The notes under the pieces were generated by a model. The model was given only the letters and a program-made list of their open reading frames with translations, did not search any database and was not told where the DNA came from. Shown one piece after another: positions 27,413-34,715 of a stretch of DNA of 64,000 bases (positions are counted from its first letter, which is position 1; every line of letters begins with the position of its first letter). The stretch is taken from positions 9,022 through 73,021 of the forward strand of contig CADAGD010000018.1 of assembly GCA_902787375.1 (NCBI GenBank), read 5' to 3'. Both the position numbers and the translations under genes were made by a program. Origin of the DNA: an uncultured Eubacteriales bacterium. Lineage in GTDB: Bacteria > Bacillota > Clostridia > Christensenellales > CAG-138.

Positions 27413-28449
27413 AGCATTTCCCTCCAATTCTCATCCAGAGCTGTTATGAATTCCGCGCAGAGCCTTCCGCAGTTGAGCAGAGTTTCTCCGCTTATCGTTT
27501 CCACATTTGTGTGCATATAGCGCAGCGGCGGAGAAATCAGCACGCACGGCACTCCCATGCCCGCAACCTGCATATCCGTAGCATCCGTTCCCGTAGCTCC
27601 CATGCACGGCTCATAGTCCCATTTAAGCTTCGCGCCGTCGGCTGCCTCCTTGAGCTTTGCAAACATCTTGGGATGGATATTCGGCCCCACCGCAAGGAGC
27701 ATCTCGTCCATATCGGCTTCATCGGGCGTGCATGCCGCCTTGCCGAATGTCACGTCCATTACGATTCCCATATCCGGCTTGACGCTGACAGAGGCTGTCC
27801 TTGCGCCAAGTCCCGTCTTTTCCTCATTGACCGAGGCGCACATTACGACCTTGCAGTTGAATCTGCGCTTTTTCAGTATCTCAAGGCAGTAAAGCTCCGC
27901 CGCTATAAGCGCTCTGTCATCGAGCGTCTTGGATGATATGAAGCCGTTTTTAAGCTCAAGAACATCCTCAGGATAGAATGTTATCCTATCGCCGACGCTG
28001 ACAAGCTCGCACACTTTTTCATACGGATAGCCCAAATCGACAAACAGCTCGTCCCATTTGTAGGCGGCGTCCTTCGACGCGGTAAGATGCGGAGGTATGG
28101 CTCCCACAACTCCCGTCAGCCTCTCGGCTCCAAGCACAAGCACACGCGATCCGGGCAGCACGCGCGGATCAACTCCCGCAACGGACGCCATCCTAAGCAT
28201 TCCGTTCTTCTCAATGCCCGTGACGCACATCCCTATCTCGTCCATGTGTGCCATAATAAGCAGGGTGGGGCCGCTGTCACCAACCTCGGCAAATACATTG
28301 CCGTTCACATCGGAATAAACACGCGCATTATCAAAGCCTTCCGTATACTGCTCGAAAAGCTCCTTCACAACGCCGTTTATCCCGCAATGCTCAAAGCCCG
28401 TCACGCCCTCCGCCTTGACAAGCCTGTTCAAAACATTGACTAAATCCAT
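27400..28449 (-). CDS. M42 family peptidase paralog 3 (divergent active-site region)
   Basis: HMDEIG is retained, but LDDRALI and SVNEEKTGLGA replace the DDRxGC and QEExGLRGA motifs. The gene overlaps paralog 2 by 13 nt. Confidence 0.8.
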   Translation of the reverse strand: MDLVNVLNRLVKAEGVTGFEHCGINGVVKELFEQYTEGFDNARVYSDVNGNVFAEVGDSGPTLLIMAHMDEIGMCVTGIEKNGMLRMASVAGVDPRVLPGSRVLVLGAERLTGVVGAIPPHLTASKDAAYKWDELFVDLGYPYEKVCELVSVGDRITFYPEDVLELKNGFISSKTLDDRALIAAELYCLEILKKRRFNCKVVMCASVNEEKTGLGARTASVSVKPDMGIVMDVTFGKAACTPDEADMDEMLLAVGPNIHPKMFAKLKEAADGAKLKWDYEPCMGATGTDATDMQVAGMGVPCVLISPPLRYMHTNVETISGETLLNCGRLCAEFITALDENWREMLCLD

Positions 28450-28593
28450 AGGCTCTACCTCCTATTTTTTAAACTTATCACATTATAACATATCGCTTGT
28501 CGAAAGGGAATATAATTTATACTCTTCGGTTGAAAAAAGGGACTTTTTGAATTATAATAAGGTCAGAAGATTTTTTATTTCTATGGAGGAGTT

Positions 28594-29046
28594 ATGAAAC
28601 TTGCGGAAGCCTTACAGGAGCGTGCGGACATCAACCGCCGCATGGAACAGCTCCGTGTGCGTCTTATAAGGAACGCCACGGTTCAGGAGGGTGAAAAGCC
28701 CGCCGAGGATCCGAACGAGCTTATAAAGGAGCTTGATGATTGCTCCGCGCGTCTTGAGGAATTGATGACACGCATAAACAAGACCAACTCAATGACAAGC
28801 GTGGACGGAAAAACGCTTACGGAGCTTATCGCAAAGCGTGACGCTCTGACATTTAAGGTATCCATCTATCGCAGCTTTCTCAATGAGGCGTCGAATCTCG
28901 CTTCAAGAGCCACAAGGAACGAGATAAAGATTTTAAGCACGGTAAATGTCCGCAAGCTCCAGAAACAGGTCGATGACATGAGCCGCGACCTGCGTCTGAC
29001 CGACAACGCGCTGCAACAGGCGAATTGGACGGTCGATTTGCTTTAA
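28594..29046 (+). CDS. DIP1984 family (septicolysin-like) protein
   Basis: 150 aa with the typical N-terminus MKLAEALQERADINRRMEQLRVRL and GGAGG upstream. Confidence 0.75.
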   Translation: MKLAEALQERADINRRMEQLRVRLIRNATVQEGEKPAEDPNELIKELDDCSARLEELMTRINKTNSMTSVDGKTLTELIAKRDALTFKVSIYRSFLNEASNLASRATRNEIKILSTVNVRKLQKQVDDMSRDLRLTDNALQQANWTVDLL

Positions 29047-29277
29047 GCTTAACGACGGTAGTTTCACGGGGCGAGTGTCAAACCTCCTTGAGACAGAGGG
29101 TATAAAGGGTTCTCAACTGTATTGACGCAAACAGGGCCGCGTTTTTTTATAATCGTTATGCCCCAATCGCGTACATGCGCATCGTTATTCCTTTTGGGAA
29201 AAGACATATAATCACCACGACGCTGACCGTGAAATGAGGGCGGGATCGGGGATAAAACCGTTAAAGCATTACCGAAA

Positions 29278-29307
29278 CAATAAGCTAAGTGCTTATTGAG
29301 TTTTTTT
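29278..29307 (+). terminator. Intrinsic terminator abutting the left repeat element
   Basis: CAATAAGC-taagt-GCTTATTG followed by AG and T7. The repeat terminus begins 2 nt later. Confidence 0.6.
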
Positions 29308-29308
29308 G

Positions 29309-29364
29309 CCACCTCATCCACCACCGTCGGGGCGGCGGTTCCCCTTCCCCTCATAGGGGAAGGC
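29309..29364 (-). repeat. Two-hairpin dispersed element, copy 1 (minus orientation)
   Basis: The minus strand reads GCCTTCCCCTatgAGGGGAAGG-G-GA-ACCGCCGccccgaCGGTGGT-GGATGAGGTGG. It has the same layout as the copy at 30918-30967. Confidence 0.75.
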
Positions 29365-29405
29365 AGATATTTTCAGCACATTTGGGGGTTGTCAGCAGTC
29401 TGAAA

Positions 29406-29441
29406 GCCTTGGGCTTTCCGTGCTTACGGAAGGCTCAAGGC
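29406..29441 (-). terminator. Hairpin after the PadR-DUF2812 operon
   Basis: A 16-bp stem (two wobble pairs) with a 4-nt loop lies 30 nt downstream of the DUF2812 stop. The U-run is weak (TTTC). Confidence 0.5.
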
Positions 29442-29470
29442 GTTTTACATATGATTTTATTCGGTTTTTA

Positions 29471-30376
29471 TCAATCAAGTGAGCATTTTATTTCGTATCC
29501 CGATTCGTATGAGCTGCTTACCCAATACTTTCCCGCGGGCAGCCACAGGCGAATACCATTTTCATGGAAGCTTTTCTCCGTCACCGTATAGACCATGTTG
29601 CCCTCGGCGTTGAGAACACTTATCGTAACCGGAGCCTCGGCGTCTATGTCAACGTCGAGATAGTAGTTATCGGGATAGCGCACCTCAAAATCAATAAAAC
29701 GATTATCGACCATGGGCGTGGAAACAGAATCCGCCTGCGACGCCATTGAAAAGTTAGGACGCATGATCATCAACACGCATGAGAGTGTGCCGCAAATTAC
29801 GACCGTTCCCAGCAATACAGGAAGGAAAGCCGCACTTCCCTTTCTTCTGTGCGCAGAGTCGGGATTTCTCATTATTAAGCCGCCCCGTATCAAAAACGCG
29901 CTGACCAACACGCACATCAAGGCCAATATGAGCGATGGCATCCTTGGCTTGTCTATGCACCAAATCCCCTCCGCTAATGCCATCAAGCCTTCTATTGCTC
30001 CGAGTATGAACGCAAACCTTGCCCAACGCCTGTTCATTTCCTCAAGAGATTGCCTGTCGGTAAATATCTCATACGCTTCCTCAGGCTGCGATGGGTCATA
30101 GAGCTTCCTGAAATAATGCCAGCCGTTGAATGTGGAATTGACGTATTCCCAACCCTGTTCGCGGAATGTTTCAATATAACGACCCATATCGGTTATGCTA
30201 TTGTAGTCTATCTGATAGCGGTAGCGTAAATTGTTGTTCTTTTTAAATTTGCAACTAAAGACTCCCGCTTTCACAAGCTGCCAGCCCTTATCCGACGCGC
30301 TGTTTAAATCATCAATCTCCTTCTGATAATTCCACGCGGCATACATTCTGAAAACCCTTTTACTCTGTTTGGACAT
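29471..30376 (-). CDS. DUF2812 domain-containing membrane protein
   Basis: The N-terminal DUF2812-like region reads Y...EIDDLNSASDKGWQLVK..VFSCKFKK, followed by TM helices. The gene lies downstream of PadR, which is the usual pairing. GGAGGAGG lies 7 nt upstream of ATG 30376. Confidence 0.75.
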   Translation of the reverse strand: MSKQSKRVFRMYAAWNYQKEIDDLNSASDKGWQLVKAGVFSCKFKKNNNLRYRYQIDYNSITDMGRYIETFREQGWEYVNSTFNGWHYFRKLYDPSQPEEAYEIFTDRQSLEEMNRRWARFAFILGAIEGLMALAEGIWCIDKPRMPSLILALMCVLVSAFLIRGGLIMRNPDSAHRRKGSAAFLPVLLGTVVICGTLSCVLMIMRPNFSMASQADSVSTPMVDNRFIDFEVRYPDNYYLDVDIDAEAPVTISVLNAEGNMVYTVTEKSFHENGIRLWLPAGKYWVSSSYESGYEIKCSLD

Positions 30377-30378
30377 GA

Positions 30379-30690
30379 TCACACCTCCTCCGCATTCTTC
30401 AACATACGTTTTAGCCTTGCTATCTCCGCGCTCAGCGCATCCCGCCCGCTTTCGGTGATTTGATAAAGCCTTCTGCGCTCAAGCCCCGCCTCGTTGGACA
30501 TTATCTCACATATCCAACCCTTCTTCATCATGTTGCTCGTCGCTCCGTACATGGTTCCCGATCCAATCGTAACCTCTCCATCGGACAGGTTCTCCGTCAT
30601 CCGCATTATGCCATACCCGTGATTCGCGCCCTTCGCCAGGCACAGCAGTATGTAGTAATAGCTTTCCGACATTGGTTCATTCTTCTTCAT
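30379..30690 (-). CDS. PadR family transcriptional regulator
   Basis: 103 aa with the winged HTH YYILLCLAKGANHGYGIMRMTENLSDGEVTIGSGTMYGATSNMMKKGWI. Confidence 0.9.
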   Translation of the reverse strand: MKKNEPMSESYYYILLCLAKGANHGYGIMRMTENLSDGEVTIGSGTMYGATSNMMKKGWICEIMSNEAGLERRRLYQITESGRDALSAEIARLKRMLKNAEEV

Positions 30691-30725
30691 ATATATCGCC
30701 TCCCGTTATGTCGTGGTACGACTGT

Positions 30726-30754
30726 ATCATATCACGATATATGTCGTGTGTCAA
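30726..30754 (-). promoter_or_regulatory. Putative padR promoter with overlapping palindromes
   Basis: On the minus strand: TTGACA, 17 nt, TATGAT. The spacer contains the near-palindrome ATATGT-N9-ACATAT (PadR boxes are typically ATGT-N8-ACAT). Confidence 0.5.
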
Positions 30755-30776
30755 CATATTTTTATTATATATTTTA

Positions 30777-30805
30777 TTGATTGTGCCATTGGCTTCTGCT
30801 ATAAT
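30777..30805 (+). promoter_or_regulatory. Orphan sigma-A-type promoter, divergent from padR
   Basis: TTGATT, 17 nt, TATAAT. This is a paralog of the promoter at 31681-31709. No convincing CDS lies downstream. Confidence 0.5.
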
Positions 30806-30852
30806 ACTGCCATGCAAAGCCTTTCGGATAGAGAGTATCTTGAGATTAATTC

Positions 30853-30889
30853 GCAAAAAAAGACCGCTGACTTGAGTTTGTCAGCGGTC
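30853..30889 (-). terminator. Intrinsic terminator (minus strand)
   Basis: The perfect 10-bp stem GACCGCTGAC/GTCAGCGGTC is followed on the minus strand by T8. It lies about 220 nt downstream of the lipoprotein gene stop. Confidence 0.6.
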
Positions 30890-30917
30890 AGACTACGGAC
30901 AAAGTCTGCTTTTCTTG

Positions 30918-30967
30918 GCTTCCCCTTTGAGGGGAAGCTGTCAGACGAAGTCTGACTGATGAGGTGG
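30918..30967 (+). repeat. Two-hairpin dispersed element, copy 2 (plus orientation)
   Basis: GCTTCCCCTttgAGGGGAAGC-T-GTCAGACgaaGTCTGAC-TGATGAGGTGG. Confidence 0.75.
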
Positions 30968-31003
30968 AAACAATGGCACTATCAAAATTAGAGGATTTTT
31001 TTC

Positions 31004-31034
31004 GGGGCTTAGCGCAAAAGCTCCTTCTTTTTTT
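31004..31034 (+). terminator. Intrinsic terminator (plus strand) about 225 nt downstream of the orphan promoter
   Basis: GGGGCTT-agcgcaa-AAGCTCC (one mismatch) followed by TTCTTTTTTT. Confidence 0.5.
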
Positions 31035-31109
31035 CGCCTCATGTGCCCAATGAGGCATTGCTTGCCAGATGTTGACTACCTTCCTAATCGGCTAAAAAGC
31101 ACGATGTAC

Positions 31110-31556
31110 TTAGCTATCCATCGTTATCAGATATGCAACTTCCTCTACTGCATCGTATACACACATAGAAACAGCTGTATATTTCTGTGATTTTGGATTT
31201 CGATTAATAAACATCCAATAGCCGTCGGTTATCTCAGGAAGCTCAACATAATTAGATACGCTTTCTAAAAACAACTCGGCATTTTCAGAGATGGGGAAAC
31301 TATTCCATTTCGAGAGCTCTTTCCGTGCCTCGCTATCCAAAGTTATTTTATATAATGCGATCCCCTCATAAGGAAATCCCTCATAATTATTGAATAACTC
31401 TTCAAACCTGAGGCTGTCTTTGTCAACGTCAAGCTCGAAATCTCCTATAAATTGCGTCTTAGCATCTTTTCTTACATTGTTAAAGGCACACGCTCCCAAA
31501 AGAGAAACGGCTATTAACAGCATTGTTGCGCAAACAAGCAGATTAACTCTTTTCAC
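31110..31556 (-). CDS. Lipoprotein, function unknown
   Basis: GTG start with GAAAGGA upstream. The signal/lipobox is MKRVNLLVCATMLLIAVSLLGAC. Confidence 0.65.
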   Translation of the reverse strand: MKRVNLLVCATMLLIAVSLLGACAFNNVRKDAKTQFIGDFELDVDKDSLRFEELFNNYEGFPYEGIALYKITLDSEARKELSKWNSFPISENAELFLESVSNYVELPEITDGYWMFINRNPKSQKYTAVSMCVYDAVEEVAYLITMDS

Positions 31557-31630
31557 AAAAAAATCCTTTCTGTTTACACAGTATTATAGTTGTAGGGGTA
31601 TGGAAATTCGCTGTCTTACAGTACAACTAT

Positions 31631-31659
31631 ATTGTATAACGACAAATACCGTATGTCAA
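31631..31659 (-). promoter_or_regulatory. Putative promoter of the lipoprotein gene 31110-31556
   Basis: On the minus strand: TTGACA, 17 nt, TACAAT. Confidence 0.5.
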
Positions 31660-31680
31660 TACGCTCAATTATATATTTTA

Positions 31681-31709
31681 TTGACTATGTCACCGGATGC
31701 TGCTATAAT
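31681..31709 (+). promoter_or_regulatory. Sigma-A-type promoter of the nucleotidyltransferase gene
   Basis: TTGACT, 17 nt, TATAAT, 50 nt upstream of ATG 31760. Confidence 0.55.
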
Positions 31710-31759
31710 ACTGCCATAGTCCAAATAGTATTGTGAGATTAAAAGGAGAACCGCCGCTC

Positions 31760-32533
31760 ATGGAAAAAGCCATAGCCCGTATGATGAGGGAAATTGATCG
31801 CATACTGAACCACAACACTCACAGCGCATGGCTGTACGGCAGCATCGTTCTGGATGATTTTCAGCTTGGTTGGAGCGATATTGATTTCGTATTCCTATCC
31901 CAATCTCCCATCACCGAATCTCAGGCACGGGAGCTGCTCATGCTGCGTCAGACATTGGCTGAAGCCGAACCTAATAATCCCTACTATCGCTTATTCGAGG
32001 GCGTCATAGTCGATTATAACGGCTATTTCAGCGGTTCCTTTGAACGACTGGTCTATTGGGGAACATCCGGGCAACGTATAACAGACAACTGCTCACCCGA
32101 TGTATTTTCAAGATATGAGCTTGCCCATTACGGAAGGCGTATTTGGGGAACGGCAGACAGGAGCATATTCGTATCTCCCGAAAGGTCGGAGCTTATTGCC
32201 GCTGTCAGAAATCATTACGACGCCATACGCAGATACGTCACAAGTACGGATAAATCGCTCTACTCATGCGGATGGCTGCTCGATATATCAAGGTGCATAT
32301 ATACCCTGCGCCACAATGATGTGATATCCAAAACACGCGCGGGCTGTTGGGCTTTGGAGGAACATATATTTGCCGATGAAAGCCCGCTTCGCAGGACGCT
32401 CGATATAAGGCGCGCTCCGCTTGATTACAAAAACCGTGATGATGTGCGGCAATGGCTCGCAACGCTCGCTCCCGTCGTTCAGCAATACGCCGATGTGCTT
32501 GAGCGCGAGCTTAACTTCTTTTCCGCTTTTTAA
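31760..32533 (+). CDS. Nucleotidyltransferase domain protein (aminoglycoside adenylyltransferase / DUF4111-like)
   Basis: Pol-beta NTase motif LYGSIVLDDFQLGWSDIDF (GS...D.D). AAAGGAG lies upstream of ATG 31760. Confidence 0.7.
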   Translation: MEKAIARMMREIDRILNHNTHSAWLYGSIVLDDFQLGWSDIDFVFLSQSPITESQARELLMLRQTLAEAEPNNPYYRLFEGVIVDYNGYFSGSFERLVYWGTSGQRITDNCSPDVFSRYELAHYGRRIWGTADRSIFVSPERSELIAAVRNHYDAIRRYVTSTDKSLYSCGWLLDISRCIYTLRHNDVISKTRAGCWALEEHIFADESPLRRTLDIRRAPLDYKNRDDVRQWLATLAPVVQQYADVLERELNFFSAF

Positions 32534-32565
32534 AACAGCAAGCCGCAAATCAGGCTTTTATATCC

Positions 32566-32594
32566 TTGACATTTCCCATCCGTTGGGCTACAAT
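32566..32594 (+). promoter_or_regulatory. Sigma-A-type promoter of the NTP_transf_5-like gene
   Basis: TTGACA, 17 nt, TACAAT. Confidence 0.5.
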
Positions 32595-32696
32595 GCAACA
32601 GTATCTTGAAATGCGCTGTAACAAAACTTTTCTGCCGATACACAGACCTCTTTGTCAGCACTTTTCACACTCAGAAAAAGCGAAAGGTGGAATCCC

Positions 32697-33884
32697 ATGC
32701 TCCCAGCAGATATGCCTTGCAATCAAAGATTTGTGCTTGCTCTTGTTCGAGAAAGCTTCGGCATTCCTTCAGATTTTCCCGAACCTGACAACATTGCTGA
32801 AATAGCCGAAATGATAGTTTGGAACGATATACTACTTACTGTATACCCCACGCTAAAACTCCTCGTGAAAAAGCATTCCGGTAACGGCTATGATGCAGCC
32901 TCGATGCTTATCAAGAGGTTGCATTCCTCTTTACTTAGTGCAATACGAGTAGCGACAATTCAAGAATACGAAGGCAAAAAAGTTATTGAAAGCCTTAGTC
33001 GTGCGGGTCTAGATTGTATTGCCTTAAAAGGCTGGGAGTTGCGTAATTATTATCCTGAGAGACTTATGCGTCAAATGTGTGATTTGGACATTCTTATCAG
33101 GCCATTTAACCGCATTGATGTCAATGCAGTTATGAGCAGTTTAGGATTTGCCAAATGTGGAGGGGATTCATGGAAGCATCATACTTTTAAAAAAGATGTA
33201 TTGTATGTTGAAATTCACAAACGTTTGACAGAAAATGTCAGTAATCAAAAGAAGTGGGAATGTACCATTTGGGAAAAAGCACTTGAACAACAACGGCATA
33301 TATTCAAGATGTGCAATGATGATTTTTATATATTTCATTTCATTCATTTATATAATGATTTTAAAGTAGGCAATCTGATTATACGGAGGATAGTAGATAC
33401 ATGGCTACTAAAAAAAACTGTTAACAATTGGGATTATGTTAATAGAATACTCAACGATCTTGGATTACTGCTTTTTCATGAAAGAATGATTAATCTTGCA
33501 GCAGCTTGTATGGGAGATTCTGACTTTGACTCCAACTCTAAGTATTTGCTAAACTACTCTTTAAAGGATTCTGTCTCAAGAAAAAGCAAACTATATAAGG
33601 CAGTACGAATCCAATCCATGTCCGGCGGAAAGAGCATGTGGCTTGGCAAGCTCAAATCGTTTACCGCAGCCATATTTCTGCCCTTTCACAGGATGAAAGC
33701 ACATTATCCTCTTTTGAAGAAAGTGCCGATATTGCTTCCGTATTTCTGGATAAAAAGGATTTTCTCGCTTTTATCGGGGAACACACAAAAATACCGTCAA
33801 ATGCTCGACTACAGCGATATAGATAAATCCGATTATGAAACGGCGAAGCGTTTTCTCAGGGCGGGCGGCATAGAAAACAAGTAA
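32697..33884 (+). CDS. Uncharacterised nucleotidyltransferase family protein (NTP_transf_5-like)
   Basis: Motif ALKGWELRNYYPERLMRQMCDLDILIRP...H.F.K....VEIHKRL. AAAGGTGG lies upstream of ATG 32697. The central part (about 33100-33600) is visibly A/T-richer. Confidence 0.65.
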   Translation: MLPADMPCNQRFVLALVRESFGIPSDFPEPDNIAEIAEMIVWNDILLTVYPTLKLLVKKHSGNGYDAASMLIKRLHSSLLSAIRVATIQEYEGKKVIESLSRAGLDCIALKGWELRNYYPERLMRQMCDLDILIRPFNRIDVNAVMSSLGFAKCGGDSWKHHTFKKDVLYVEIHKRLTENVSNQKKWECTIWEKALEQQRHIFKMCNDDFYIFHFIHLYNDFKVGNLIIRRIVDTWLLKKTVNNWDYVNRILNDLGLLLFHERMINLAAACMGDSDFDSNSKYLLNYSLKDSVSRKSKLYKAVRIQSMSGGKSMWLGKLKSFTAAIFLPFHRMKAHYPLLKKVPILLPYFWIKRIFSLLSGNTQKYRQMLDYSDIDKSDYETAKRFLRAGGIENK

Positions 33885-33947
33885 TGCTTTAGCACATGAA
33901 TCAGTACAGAATTACAGCCATCGGGGAACCTTAGCAGCAAGCTATGT

Positions 33948-33977
33948 TCCGTCGCTCCAACGAGCGGCGGACTTTTT
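33948..33977 (+). terminator. Intrinsic terminator after the NTP_transf_5-like gene
   Basis: TCCGTCGCTC-caac-GAGCGGCGGA followed by CTTTTT. Confidence 0.7.
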
Positions 33978-34163
33978 AATAGGCTGTCAATATGTGCTGA
34001 TATTCACAGTTTTTTAGATGCCGTCAACTATTCCCGCATTTTTGCAAGCCACATACCGTATATGGCGATTTTCGCACCAAAATGTTCATCTGCTGTAAGA
34101 AGCTTGCTGATTCTTACGCAGTAATATGTGAATCGATTCAAAACAACGAAGGGAGGTGAGCGG

Positions 34164-34715
34164 TTGAGCGACGAAAAGCTTTTGAAGCTACTCAAGTCCG
34201 ATCCCGACAGGGGAATGCATGAGATCGTAAAAACGTATTCCGGTCTTGTATGGGCGATAGTAAGAGGACGTCTGCATCCTCCGAGCTTTTCGGAAGCGGA
34301 CACTGAGGAGTGTGTTGCAGACGTTTTCACCGAGTTTTGGCTTTATCGGGAAAGGTTCGATCCCTGCAGGGGAAGTATAAAATCCTTTCTTGCGAAAGCC
34401 GCGCTCAACAACGCTTACGACGTTATGAGGCGGGCAAGACGCTCCGAGAAAGATATATCCATGGATGGTATGAGCGAGCTTATACCATCGAACGCGGACG
34501 CTGAACACGGAGCCGAAAGGGCGGAGCTGATTTCAGCCATAGAATCCCTCGGAAAGCCGGATAGCGAAATAATAGTCCGTAAATACCTGATCGGACAATC
34601 GTCGAAGGAGATTTCCGAAAGGCTCAGGATAAGCGTTCCTAATGTTGACACGAGAACACACAGAGCGATAAAAAAACTGCGTACAATTATAGGAGGTGCG
34701 GAAAATGAGGGATAA
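34164..34715 (+). CDS. ECF-type sigma-70 family RNA polymerase sigma factor
   Basis: Region 2 reads VADVFTEFWLYRERFD and the region 4 HTH reads SSKEISERLRISVPNVDTRTHRAIKKLR. GGGAGG lies 7 nt upstream of TTG 34164; the track GTG at 34128 has no SD. Confidence 0.8.
   Translation: MSDEKLLKLLKSDPDRGMHEIVKTYSGLVWAIVRGRLHPPSFSEADTEECVADVFTEFWLYRERFDPCRGSIKSFLAKAALNNAYDVMRRARRSEKDISMDGMSELIPSNADAEHGAERAELISAIESLGKPDSEIIVRKYLIGQSSKEISERLRISVPNVDTRTHRAIKKLRTIIGGAENEG

Noticed and set aside
29064-29354. 96-aa minus-strand ORF (and the 80-aa plus-strand ORF at 30713-30955)
   Set aside because: Both are generated by reading through the two-hairpin repeat element and promoter/terminator sequences. They have no SD and implausible composition.
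30973-31053. 26-aa ORF with a good SD (GAGGTGG, 5-nt spacer, ATG) right after the repeat element
   Set aside because: The SD is simply the conserved element tail, and the other intact copy has no ATG after it. The ORF also runs through a predicted terminator.
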